Source: Candidatus Heimdallarchaeota archaeon (lineage in GTDB: Archaea > Asgardarchaeota > Heimdallarchaeia > Heimdallarchaeales > Kariarchaeaceae). Taken from it: a stretch of DNA of 49,819 nt. The notes under the pieces were generated by a model. It searched no databases. It was not told where the DNA came from and worked only from the letters and a program-made list of their open reading frames with translations. A program made the translations under genes and the position numbers. This document shows, piece after piece, positions 17,161 through 26,470 of this stretch (its first letter is position 1; every line of letters starts with the position of its first letter). The stretch spans positions 1 to 49,819 of the forward strand of contig WAKA01000046.1 in assembly GCA_015523565.1 (NCBI GenBank), read 5' to 3'.

Positions 17161-17883
17161 GTGGTCTATATGATCGAATTCTATTATGCATTGATCATTG
17201 CTGGAATTGGATTTTTCCTATTAAATGAATTCGCTGACATGGAAATCCCGTTCTTTGTCGGGTTTTTCTTTGGGTTACCATATGCCTTGGTTTTATGGGG
17301 GGTCTTTGGAATTCTTCAAATCTCTGAACCTAAGGCATTTGTAGCAGGATTCCTAATTCCCATGGGGCTTTTTCTTCTAGTTTACAGGGCTCTCATCACA
17401 AACAAGGAATTTAGTGATTTGATAATTGGCAATACTGGCAAAATCAGTGTTAAAACTGATTTGCAAACAACTGGAGAAGTCATCGTTGATACGGAATGGG
17501 GTCGACAATTCCTGCTTGCAAAACCTTCTGAAAACCAATTGAAACCTTTGAATAAAGGTGATACGGTAATCATTAAGGATTTCAACCCCCCATATGCTTA
17601 TGTAGAAAAGGTAGATATAAGTTCTGCAACAACTCCTGCTCCCAAAAAAAGAAAAGCTAAACCAACTGTTCGTTGGGTTTTCAGAAAGCTTTTCACCCGA
17701 AAGAAAATGACAGACCATGTCTGTGACATTTGTTACGGGAAAATTCCTGTCGGGAATTTGGAATTTTGTCCATTCTGCGGTTCATCATTCCATAAGGACC
17801 ACTTTGACGCTTGGGTTTCTGCAAGAGGGTCATGCCCTGTTTGCAGATCCGAAATAAAAAATTCTAAGGAGGATAAAACCTAA
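17161..17883 (+). CDS. Membrane NfeD-like (OB-fold) protein fused to C-terminal RING-type zinc finger
   Basis: Three hydrophobic helices, then the NfeD C-domain (LIIGNTGKI...TGEVIV...LNKGDTVIIKDF...AYVEK), a basic linker, and CDIC-x11-CPFC-x4-HKDH-x10(W)-CPVCR at 17722-17847. Confidence 0.85.
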   Translation: MVYMIEFYYALIIAGIGFFLLNEFADMEIPFFVGFFFGLPYALVLWGVFGILQISEPKAFVAGFLIPMGLFLLVYRALITNKEFSDLIIGNTGKISVKTDLQTTGEVIVDTEWGRQFLLAKPSENQLKPLNKGDTVIIKDFNPPYAYVEKVDISSATTPAPKKRKAKPTVRWVFRKLFTRKKMTDHVCDICYGKIPVGNLEFCPFCGSSFHKDHFDAWVSARGSCPVCRSEIKNSKEDKT

Positions 17884-19157
17884 TGTCCGCAAAATTAATT
17901 GGCATTTTCGCAGTTGTGGCTTTGATTGCCACTATCGGTGTTTATATTTATGTAGGCTCTGCCGCAGGTATTTTATTGGGTCTTGCTTCAGTAATTGTTC
18001 TGGTTTTATTGCTAAGAGCCTATACGGTTGTAGATTTACAAGAAGTCCATGTTATCTCAGGTAAGGGGAAAGTAAAGGAATATACAGCAGGACAGTCTTA
18101 TTTGTATTTCCCTTATCTAGAAAAAAGAAATATTGTTCCATTAAGGGTGTTGGAAATTGCTATTCCTCGCATTAAGCTCATGGACATGAACAACCTTCCA
18201 TTTGGTGTTGAAATCTCATGCAAAGTTCAGATTTCAGATCCAAGAACCGCAGTTAAGGCTCTTGGAAGTGCAACACCTGAGGAAATCCGACCTATTGTTG
18301 ATGACACCATCCAGTCCGCAGCAAGAGCACAAGCCATGAAACAGACCTTAATTACAATCATGAGAGAAAGAGATGAAATTGAGCAATCCATTTTATCCGC
18401 AACAAACGATAGCCTTGCTCGTATTGGTGTCAGGGTTGTTCTTTTTGACATTAAGAATATTGTTGATGTACCTGGCTCCACTGTTATTGCCGACATGGAA
18501 AGGGTGAAATCAGCAGAGCTTGAAAGACTTGCAAGAGAGGCAGAGGCAAAAGAGAACAGTGCCGCTGAAATTGTGGAAGCACAAAAGAGGGCTGAAGCAG
18601 AAATCCAAAGACAAAATGCCCTTAAACAATCTGAAATGGCTCGGCTGGAACAAGAAATGGCTGTTGCAGAAAAGCAGAGAGAACTGAAATTGAAAGAGAT
18701 GGATGTCATCAACGCACAGAAGACACGTGAAGCTGAAATTGAGGCTGAAAGAATCCGTATCGAGGCAAACGCCCAAGCTGAACAGCAAAGAATGGTGGCT
18801 CAAGGTGAAGCTGATGCCAAACTCATTGAGGCAAAAGCAGAAGCAGAATCACTAAAGCTTCGGGCTTCTGCTGAAGCGGAATCAATCAAGATGAAACTTG
18901 AAGCAGAGGCTGAAGGTACAAAGGCATTGGCTGATGCTTTGGCCAAATTCACAAAAGAAGGAATTGAAGTCAAGCTTGCTGAGATCAATGCCGAAGCAAA
19001 GGAGAAAGTCGCAGAATCCATTGCAAGAGGCATTCAGCACAGCACAAAACTTATCTTACCTTCAAATGGTGTTTCAAGCCTCTTCACAAATCTTGTCGGA
19101 GGGATTGAAACGCTAAAGGAAGCTGGAGTTTCCTTGAAGGATCTCAAAGGAGAATAA
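17883..19157 (+). CDS. SPFH/band-7 flotillin-family protein
   Basis: Two N-terminal TM helices, an SPFH domain (EVHVISGKG..., VEISCKVQI, IGVRVVLFDIKNI.D) and a long EA-rich flotillin coiled coil (AEAE repeats). ATG overlaps the upstream TAA (TAATG). Confidence 0.9.
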   Translation: MSAKLIGIFAVVALIATIGVYIYVGSAAGILLGLASVIVLVLLLRAYTVVDLQEVHVISGKGKVKEYTAGQSYLYFPYLEKRNIVPLRVLEIAIPRIKLMDMNNLPFGVEISCKVQISDPRTAVKALGSATPEEIRPIVDDTIQSAARAQAMKQTLITIMRERDEIEQSILSATNDSLARIGVRVVLFDIKNIVDVPGSTVIADMERVKSAELERLAREAEAKENSAAEIVEAQKRAEAEIQRQNALKQSEMARLEQEMAVAEKQRELKLKEMDVINAQKTREAEIEAERIRIEANAQAEQQRMVAQGEADAKLIEAKAEAESLKLRASAEAESIKMKLEAEAEGTKALADALAKFTKEGIEVKLAEINAEAKEKVAESIARGIQHSTKLILPSNGVSSLFTNLVGGIETLKEAGVSLKDLKGE

Positions 19158-19158
19158 A

Positions 19159-21165
19159 TCAGACATAATATTTGTAACCCAATAACCTAATTATTTCACT
19201 TGCATCTTCTAACTGGTTTGTGCTTTTTTCCATAAGTTCAATTGCATCCTTCAACGTCAAAAGACTGAATTGGTTTATAAATTCAAGTTGAGAAAGCTCT
19301 TTCCATAAATGACGGTAGATTGCATCGAGCAATTCCTCAACCGCACCGACCTCAATGGCCTTTGTGATTGCAATTCCCAACCCCACATTCAATGCTTCAA
19401 TGGATTTTTCTAAGGATTTGACCAATGAGTATCCAATTATTGAATAAAATGACAAATAATTCATGAATTCCTTTGGTGGGTACTCTTTTAAAGCCAATAG
19501 CCTTCTTAATCCCCTCAATGCATTCCCTGCCGCCTTATCCACCCTTGAGGCAAGTTGAAGCAATTCAAAAGCGTCTTTTTTCGGAAATGTACCTGAATAC
19601 GTCTTTCTTGTTAGTTCCTGTAATACCATGTCTGCCTGAATTTCAAGTGATTTCGCTTGTTTCTCATGCTGGTTCGCTTCAAAAATATTTTCTGCTGTAA
19701 ACTCTTGTATCCCTAATGTAATTTCCTTATACATGGACTTGATCTTTTGAATGTGGTTTGAAAGGAAATTGAACTGTTTCCAGACTGGTCTTGAATCTTT
19801 TAGAAAAAGTATCAAAACAACAGAGTGGGCAATACCAATAAAAACAACAACTACCAGCAATAAATGCAGAATATCAATTCTTTTCAATGGCTCTGGAAAT
19901 GATGCAATGTCAATCAATTTCTCTAAAACAAGAAGAAATGCAGATCCGATAAGATATCCCAAATCCAAAAAAAGACGATAAATCCCAATACTTTTCCCTC
20001 TTACCTTTGGAGGTACAAGGTCTGCCAATGCCGCGCTTGGCAAAGGATAATAAATGCCCAGAGAAATGCCTGCCCCAAAAGCAAGTGCCAATAAAATTGG
20101 GAGCTCATGCGATTTTGCCAAAAAGAAGAAAAAAGCAAATTCCGCAAAAACCCCAAAAATCAAGGGAAATCTCCTTCCGATCAGTTTGACAATGTTTGGA
20201 GACAATACAATACCTATTGCCCATGAGACCAAAAATACTGTATTGAGCAAACTAAATGTTTGGCTGGCATTTTCCATTTCTGTCGAAAGCCAAAGTGGAT
20301 AGACAAGGATAAATGCAGTGTCCAAAATTCTTGAAATGACTCCTGTCATGATAATCACAACCAATGTCGGCTTTAGGAGAACTTTCAAGGGAATTTCGTT
20401 GTTGAAATCATCCTCATATTTTGATCCCTCCAAAATTCTGAACAGTTCTTCTTTCAATGGACTTGGTATGACAATTCCAAACTTTTCGGACTCCCGTTCA
20501 ATGTCTGAAAAAATTATTTCAGGTGTAATTTCTAAACTTCTAGTTTCAATGTTTATGATGCTTCCGCTCTCTTTAATTCCTTTGAACGAAATGAGCAATA
20601 GAACAATGGATATAATCAATGACACCCTAAAAAGAAAAATGAATGGTTGGTTTGGGAAAATTGATGGAAGGAAAGACCCAATTGCAGTGCCTGTGTAAAC
20701 TGACATTTCCATCAGGGATACTGCTTGACTTCTTTTTGCAACGCCTGAATAATCTGTCAATGAAATCATGGCACTTGAAAACACCATTCCCGCACCGCCA
20801 CCCAATAACGTGTTCCCAATAACAAACCCCACAAGCCCTTTTACAAATGTGAGGGAAAGATTTCCAATGAAAATGATGGAAACTCCAACAATAACTGATT
20901 TCTTCCTTCCTATCTTGTCCGAAAATGTTCCCCCGTAATAGCTTCCTATTGCTTTAGCGGTACCAAACAGTGTAAGGGTCAAAGCTCCTGCCAAAAACTT
21001 TGAAAAATAGAATGAAAGATCACTTGTATAAAACGCCAAGATTGATCTCTGAATACCTATTGCACTTGCTGAAAGTGCAAGAACCAGTGCAATAACAACT
21101 ACTGGCAAAAAGAAATTTTTGAAATTGATTTCATCGATTTCATGTTGATCAATCTGGAAATCCAC
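19159..21165 (-). CDS. MFS transporter fused to C-terminal DUF47/PhoU-like domain
   Basis: MFS motif A GTFSDKIGRKK, second half LIGRR, ADLVPPKVRGKSIGIYRLFLDLGY. The C-terminal ~200 aa (LEIQAD...FPKKDAFELLQLASRVDKAA; VEELLDAIYRHL; LKDAIELMEKSTNQLEDASEII) match DUF47. Confidence 0.8.
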   Translation of the reverse strand: MDFQIDQHEIDEINFKNFFLPVVVIALVLALSASAIGIQRSILAFYTSDLSFYFSKFLAGALTLTLFGTAKAIGSYYGGTFSDKIGRKKSVIVGVSIIFIGNLSLTFVKGLVGFVIGNTLLGGGAGMVFSSAMISLTDYSGVAKRSQAVSLMEMSVYTGTAIGSFLPSIFPNQPFIFLFRVSLIISIVLLLISFKGIKESGSIINIETRSLEITPEIIFSDIERESEKFGIVIPSPLKEELFRILEGSKYEDDFNNEIPLKVLLKPTLVVIIMTGVISRILDTAFILVYPLWLSTEMENASQTFSLLNTVFLVSWAIGIVLSPNIVKLIGRRFPLIFGVFAEFAFFFFLAKSHELPILLALAFGAGISLGIYYPLPSAALADLVPPKVRGKSIGIYRLFLDLGYLIGSAFLLVLEKLIDIASFPEPLKRIDILHLLLVVVVFIGIAHSVVLILFLKDSRPVWKQFNFLSNHIQKIKSMYKEITLGIQEFTAENIFEANQHEKQAKSLEIQADMVLQELTRKTYSGTFPKKDAFELLQLASRVDKAAGNALRGLRRLLALKEYPPKEFMNYLSFYSIIGYSLVKSLEKSIEALNVGLGIAITKAIEVGAVEELLDAIYRHLWKELSQLEFINQFSLLTLKDAIELMEKSTNQLEDASEIIRLLGYKYYV

Positions 21166-21299
21166 AACCTTATTTACCTCAAACGGTTATAATATATCGC
21201 ATGGTTCTTTATTTCTGCACCACAATTCTTTCTAAAGGTTATGTTATTCTTTAGAGGTGAAAAGGCAAAGGCTAAATATTAACCTTACATCCAAAACGT

Positions 21300-22127
21300 A
21301 TGGCATTACGTTTTAGTCCGACCATGGCACTTGAAGCAAAGCGAAACGGGAAAAAACTCGTTGAAATCACTGCATATGACTATTCCTTTGCAAAAATCAT
21401 TGATGAAACCCAGCAGATAGACATGATCTTGGTTGGCGATTCATTGGGGATGGTGATGCAAGGTCATTCAACGACACTTCCAGTTACAATTGATCATTCT
21501 GTATACCATACATCCATAGTGTCTCGTGCTGTCACAAAAGCCATGGTGATTGCAGACATGCCTTTCATGAGCTATCAGGTAAGCCCCGAACAGGCTTTGA
21601 AAAATGCAGGTCGTTTAATCCAAGAAGGCAATGCTGATGCAGTTAAGCTTGAAGGTGCAGGGCGCTTTGCAAAGGCGATTTCCATGATTGTGGAATCTGG
21701 TATCCCCGTTCAAGGACATTTGGGTCTGACCCCACAGTCCATTAACATGTTGGGTGGTTGGAAAATTCAAGGAAAGACAATGTCTGCTGCTGAACGTTTA
21801 TTGCAACAAGCTGAGGAATTGGTGGATGCAGGTGTTTTTTCAATTGTCTTGGAGGGTATGCCTAACGAAACAGCAAAAATGATCTCTGAATCCGTGTCCG
21901 TTCCGACAATTGGCATCGGTGCTGGACCCCATTGCGACGGTCAAGTTTTGGTTCTTCATGATCTTTTGGGCTTGAGTGATTTTCAACCTGTTTTTGTGAA
22001 ACGATATGCAGACCTCAAAAAAGTTTCACAAGAAGCTATTTCATCTTATGCTGACGAAGTGCGCAATGGTGCATTCCCTGGTACTGAATATACCTACAAA
22101 ACTAAACTTCAAAAGGATAATGAATAA
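21300..22127 (+). CDS. panB: 3-methyl-2-oxobutanoate hydroxymethyltransferase
   Basis: TAYDY, ILVGDSLGMV, ADMPFMSY, AVKLEG, GHLGLTPQS, TIGIGAG, DGQVLV.HDLLG. Confidence 0.95.
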   Translation: MALRFSPTMALEAKRNGKKLVEITAYDYSFAKIIDETQQIDMILVGDSLGMVMQGHSTTLPVTIDHSVYHTSIVSRAVTKAMVIADMPFMSYQVSPEQALKNAGRLIQEGNADAVKLEGAGRFAKAISMIVESGIPVQGHLGLTPQSINMLGGWKIQGKTMSAAERLLQQAEELVDAGVFSIVLEGMPNETAKMISESVSVPTIGIGAGPHCDGQVLVLHDLLGLSDFQPVFVKRYADLKKVSQEAISSYADEVRNGAFPGTEYTYKTKLQKDNE

Positions 22128-22140
22128 ATTCTACATTGAA

Positions 22141-24408
22141 TTAAGTCATGACAAGTGCTTGAAGGGCAGTAATCAATATTTCCTCAGGGAATGGTTTAGG
22201 AGATGTAATATGATCTCGAGCTGATTGTTCCATTTCACCAAACATTGTTCCTATTGTGAAAAGCTGTTCTGATACCTGTGAACTTTCAGGGCTCCCTCCC
22301 TTCGCAACTTCATTAGCCGCCTTGAAAGTGAGGTTCTTTGCTTCATTCCATTTTTGCGCTGCCAACTCAAACTTCTTTGTTTGCAATGCATCTGATGCTT
22401 TTATGGCGGAAGTGATTGCATCGATAAAATAAATTGCGCCTGAAATGTTTGCATAAAGTGTTTGGAAATAAAGCCAGTTAACTGCCGATCCTTTTATTTT
22501 TATGGGTTTTTTATTTTCTATTAGTGTCTCAACAGTAACAAGAAGTTCCTGCATTGATTTTTTGAACTCATTCATTTCTGAAACATCATGCTTGACATTA
22601 AGACCCTGTAGCAATGTTTTTGATCCAATGACCGAACTGTCTATGATTTCTGCAACCTTATTGATAAATGCATACTGCAACAATGCTGTTCTTAATTGTA
22701 TCTCTGCGATGAGTCCTCGAAGCAATGCATTTTCTGCAATGGGTCGTAAAAACTTCTCAATTGTATCCGATAGTTGCTCTAAATTTTGATTCTTGGTATA
22801 CATTATCGCATGGGTTATCAAGAAATATGTTTTTGCTCTTATCATCAATTCTTTGACTGGGTTTTTCCCAAATTCTTCTTCTGCTTTTCTTCCAACCAGC
22901 AAAGCTTCTGAAGCCTCTTCAATTGCATTCAACTGTATCTGCGCTTCTTGCTTAAACTTTTCACTTGTTGGAAGCAGGAGAATTGCCAATTCCAGAATAT
23001 CTAAATTTTTACTTATGTGTTCCAACTCGTGGCTTTCCGACGAGGGGGTTGAGACCGCACTCATCCAATCTGTCGATATTTGCTGGAAAGCTTGATTCAA
23101 TCTTTCCTCCAATAATTCCATCCTGCTTTCGAGGAATTTCAGAAATCTCTCTGTATCAATGTGTTGTTTATCATCAAGGTTTTCCATGAGGTAGGCATAA
23201 ATGTTGTCATAAACCAAAAGCATGGATGAAAGTAACGGGACGTCTCCTTTTTTCAGTGTGTCCACAATCAATTGGTTTACGGACTTAATCATTTCCTCTA
23301 TATTCTCTGTTATCCCTTCCTTCAATTGGTTGACAATTGCTGTATAGGTTCTTGATGCTTTGGCTACAACCATGGCAAATTCAAAAGTATGCAGTTCATC
23401 GACAATAGATGTATTGGACCAGGCAAGCTGTGCAAAAAGTGCTCGATTTGTGCCATGTTGCCTTATCAAATGGCTCGCCTGCTCAAAATACTTGATTGCA
23501 GAATCTATGTCCTTCTTAATCAGTGCGTGTTTGGCAAGTGTTCGGTAATGAAATGCCAAATAAGCGTCCGCAACCAGTTGAGTTGATTTGTAATGATCCT
23601 CATAAAAACTGATGATTTTCTGTTTCAAGTCTGAAGTAATTTTATCCTCGTTTTCACGGGCTTTATCCAAATGCATCAATGCATGTGAAAGATTGCCATA
23701 CATCCCAATAGGGTCTCTCCACCACCAAGAAGTTGAGGCGTCCCCCAGTCTTATGGAAACATCTTTCAAGATAAAAATGGCTTGATTAAAATCATATTCT
23801 GCAAGCAAGGATGGCCTGGATTTATTCAAACCGAGGTCATTTTCAGAAAACGGGTATTCTTGGAAATATCCCAAATGTTTTCTCAATTGATCCTGTTTCA
23901 ATAAGTCCAAAAGTGTGGCAAGACTATCTGGTGTGAACGATGCTTGTTGTGAAAATCCGAGTTTAAGTAATTCATCGAATGACAATCGGGTCTTATAGTA
24001 TCCAACAGTGGCCTTTCCTCCATAATCCTTGAAAAGTTTTGTTTTTCCCAATGTGGCATAGGAATAACTCAATAACCCTATTTCCAGCCAAAAACTTGTT
24101 ATTGCTTGAAGGCGCTTTAGGTCTCCCATTTCCGCTTTGGCGGGCGCCCTTTTCAATTCATCCACTATTCTGTCGTAAAGGCTTTTGGTAAGCTCAATTA
24201 CAAACAATAGATGATCCACAATTGTTTCAGAAAAGTCAAGCCAATCTTTTGCAATTTCCTCATTTTCATCAATACTTTCATAGTCTTTGTAGAGGTTTTT
24301 CCTAAGGGTTGATAATTGTCCGAACCTTGAAAAGACTAATGTCGGATCCAATTTATCAATTGAATCTTGTTGAGAACTCATCACTAATTCATTTTTTTCT
24401 TCATTCAA
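22141..24408 (-). CDS. Large all-alpha (TPR/alpha-solenoid-like) hypothetical protein
   Basis: 755-aa ORF of amphipathic helices (e.g. AKHALIKKDIDSAIKYFEQASHL; ALQTKKFELAAQKWNEAKNL); no catalytic motif seen. Confidence 0.6.
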   Translation of the reverse strand: MNEEKNELVMSSQQDSIDKLDPTLVFSRFGQLSTLRKNLYKDYESIDENEEIAKDWLDFSETIVDHLLFVIELTKSLYDRIVDELKRAPAKAEMGDLKRLQAITSFWLEIGLLSYSYATLGKTKLFKDYGGKATVGYYKTRLSFDELLKLGFSQQASFTPDSLATLLDLLKQDQLRKHLGYFQEYPFSENDLGLNKSRPSLLAEYDFNQAIFILKDVSIRLGDASTSWWWRDPIGMYGNLSHALMHLDKARENEDKITSDLKQKIISFYEDHYKSTQLVADAYLAFHYRTLAKHALIKKDIDSAIKYFEQASHLIRQHGTNRALFAQLAWSNTSIVDELHTFEFAMVVAKASRTYTAIVNQLKEGITENIEEMIKSVNQLIVDTLKKGDVPLLSSMLLVYDNIYAYLMENLDDKQHIDTERFLKFLESRMELLEERLNQAFQQISTDWMSAVSTPSSESHELEHISKNLDILELAILLLPTSEKFKQEAQIQLNAIEEASEALLVGRKAEEEFGKNPVKELMIRAKTYFLITHAIMYTKNQNLEQLSDTIEKFLRPIAENALLRGLIAEIQLRTALLQYAFINKVAEIIDSSVIGSKTLLQGLNVKHDVSEMNEFKKSMQELLVTVETLIENKKPIKIKGSAVNWLYFQTLYANISGAIYFIDAITSAIKASDALQTKKFELAAQKWNEAKNLTFKAANEVAKGGSPESSQVSEQLFTIGTMFGEMEQSARDHITSPKPFPEEILITALQALVMT

Positions 24409-24450
24409 ATATCTTGTTGCAACCTTTCGTTTTTTTCCGTATTTTGGTAA

Positions 24451-24783
24451 TTAATTCTCCTGTTGACCTTCCTTGAATTTTCTCATCTCAGAAACTGGAT
24501 CGATTTGTCCAATATATTGTCCATCTTTAAGCCACTGAATTGGTACAATTTGAACCTTCCCATTCTTTAATTTCCTCATGACGCCAATTGGCAGGACACG
24601 GGCCAGTAATTCTTTTCTTGCCATTTCAATGGGGGACATATTCATGTTTTCAAATTCCAATAGGGTTGGTGCTCCATGACTAATCTGCAAGGCCCTTGCA
24701 CCAACTATTCTAGCCCTCTCGTACCTAGTCATGTACTCCGTGCCAATTTCAATCTTGTCTGAGATTATCTCCTTGCCATCCAC
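24451..24783 (-). CDS. rpoK: DNA-directed RNA polymerase subunit Rpo6 (K)
   Basis: MTRYERARIVGARALQISHGAP...PIEMARKEL...LPIGVMRKL.NG. Confidence 0.95.
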   Translation of the reverse strand: MDGKEIISDKIEIGTEYMTRYERARIVGARALQISHGAPTLLEFENMNMSPIEMARKELLARVLPIGVMRKLKNGKVQIVPIQWLKDGQYIGQIDPVSEMRKFKEGQQEN

Positions 24784-25006
24784 TTTCCAAATCCTCTATT
24801 CATCCCTTTCGAAGGATTTGTTTTTAATCTTTTCAAAGAAATCACTTTTCACCATTACAAAAAATCATCCACATACAAGTAATATATCATTGTTCCCAAA
24901 TAAAAAAGAATGATTGCAGTTTTTTTGAAAAAAATCAAATCAATTGTTATACACATTATTGTGTCAACAGGGACGAGGTTTTAAGTGACTGTTTCAACTC
25001 AAAGTT

Positions 25007-26413
25007 ATGTCGAGGGTTCTATCCCATCTTCTAAGAGATATAGCAAGCATCACACGATACCATGAAGACGCCAGTTCCCGTTTGTGCTTCCTGCTTGGCA
25101 CAAGGGAGGCAATCAGGCAAATGCTTGCAGTAAGGGATGCCGCCGAAAATCAATTTTTAATCCTTAATGTTCCTCCAAAAGAAAAAAGTTTGGAAAAAGT
25201 TATTGATAAGGTAAAAAAAGAGATAGAAATCCAAGGCTATGAATATGAAATGCGTCCTGATTTGGGAAATGTCATCGCAGTTAAAACAAAAGACCGAAAG
25301 AAAGAAAAAGAACGTGAAATTGAAATGGCACGTGAGGCTGGTGAGGATGTAAGCGAGGTGGTTAATCGTTTCGATCCTGAACACATCAAGCGTTTGGGCA
25401 TCCCCACTGTGGTTGTCCGAAGAAAAGCATCCATTGAGGCGTCAATGGGGGCTTCAATTGTCTCTGGTGATATCATTCAAAGCGGGAATATCCAAGCCCA
25501 TCAGGAAGTGGCAATTCAAAATATGTATTACGATGTTGTAGCTCACGGTATTGCAGAATTGAGCAGTGAAGAAATTAAAAGATCTCCTGGTCGAATTGCC
25601 ATAAGAACCTTGGAAGGGAGATATGATGTGTTTACTGTCCATCACCAAAAACGATATCGAAATGGTCTTTACTCTGTTTCCACGTTACCAAGAATTTTGG
25701 GAATGAATGTATTAAAGTTCAAGAAAAACAAGCCTGCAAATATTCTCGTGATTGCACAGGACAATGGAGTTGTTGCTGTTGAATTACTCAAGAAAGCTCC
25801 AGAAGGCTCATCCATATCCATTTACATCAAAAATGACATGCATAAAAAAGCAGTGATGGAGACCATTGAAAGATTAAGGTTCTCTGTTGATCAATTCCGT
25901 TTTATTGAGGAATCAATCGACAAGTATGCTAAAAGTCGCCCAAGAAAGAAATTCACTCACTTCTTCATTGAATTTCCCTCATCCGAAATAGGAATAAGAC
26001 CAAACCCTTTTGTCAATTTGGAAGAAAAGAATTTCATTAACTTTGCAAGGCATCAATTCCAAGCAATCCGTGCTTTAACATTGATTGGGGAAAACGAAGC
26101 CCAAATTGCTTATGTCTCACATTCAATGGATCCCAGCGAAAATGAGGACATCTTGGTTCAAACATTCAGACAAGGATATTTCTCCCCTCTTGTTCTGAGA
26201 GATGACTTAAGGGAAAGATATCCAATCAGGATGAATGCAATCCCTGAAATCCCCACTATCTCACAAGGAGGAACAATAGACTTAAACAAAATGCGCACAG
26301 AAGAAAAATATGCTTCCTGCTGGTTGAAAATTGATCCCATTGTTCATCAATCCGATGCTGGGTTTGTAGCTTATTTTGAACTACTCTTGCGTTCTTCCTT
26401 AAGAAGAAGATAA
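25007..26413 (+). CDS. PUA-domain + RsmB/NOP2 (NSUN6-like) RNA m5C methyltransferase homologue, catalytic cysteines absent
   Basis: PUA-like segment (VVVRRKASIEASMGASIVSGDII...EVAI...VVAHGIAELSSEEI), then IEFPSSEIGIRPN (cf. DAPCSGLG.RP) and YVSHSMDPSENE (cf. YSTCS...ENE). Confidence 0.65.
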   Translation: MSRVLSHLLRDIASITRYHEDASSRLCFLLGTREAIRQMLAVRDAAENQFLILNVPPKEKSLEKVIDKVKKEIEIQGYEYEMRPDLGNVIAVKTKDRKKEKEREIEMAREAGEDVSEVVNRFDPEHIKRLGIPTVVVRRKASIEASMGASIVSGDIIQSGNIQAHQEVAIQNMYYDVVAHGIAELSSEEIKRSPGRIAIRTLEGRYDVFTVHHQKRYRNGLYSVSTLPRILGMNVLKFKKNKPANILVIAQDNGVVAVELLKKAPEGSSISIYIKNDMHKKAVMETIERLRFSVDQFRFIEESIDKYAKSRPRKKFTHFFIEFPSSEIGIRPNPFVNLEEKNFINFARHQFQAIRALTLIGENEAQIAYVSHSMDPSENEDILVQTFRQGYFSPLVLRDDLRERYPIRMNAIPEIPTISQGGTIDLNKMRTEEKYASCWLKIDPIVHQSDAGFVAYFELLLRSSLRRR

Positions 26414-26470
26414 TTATTTCTGTGACATAAGCTTGAATTCATATATATCGAAAACCGCAGATAATTTAAG

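Noticed and set aside
18227-19116. Several antisense or alternative-frame ORFs over the flotillin gene (and similar ones over other long genes)
   Set aside because: Shadows produced by codon bias of the real CDS; no motifs.
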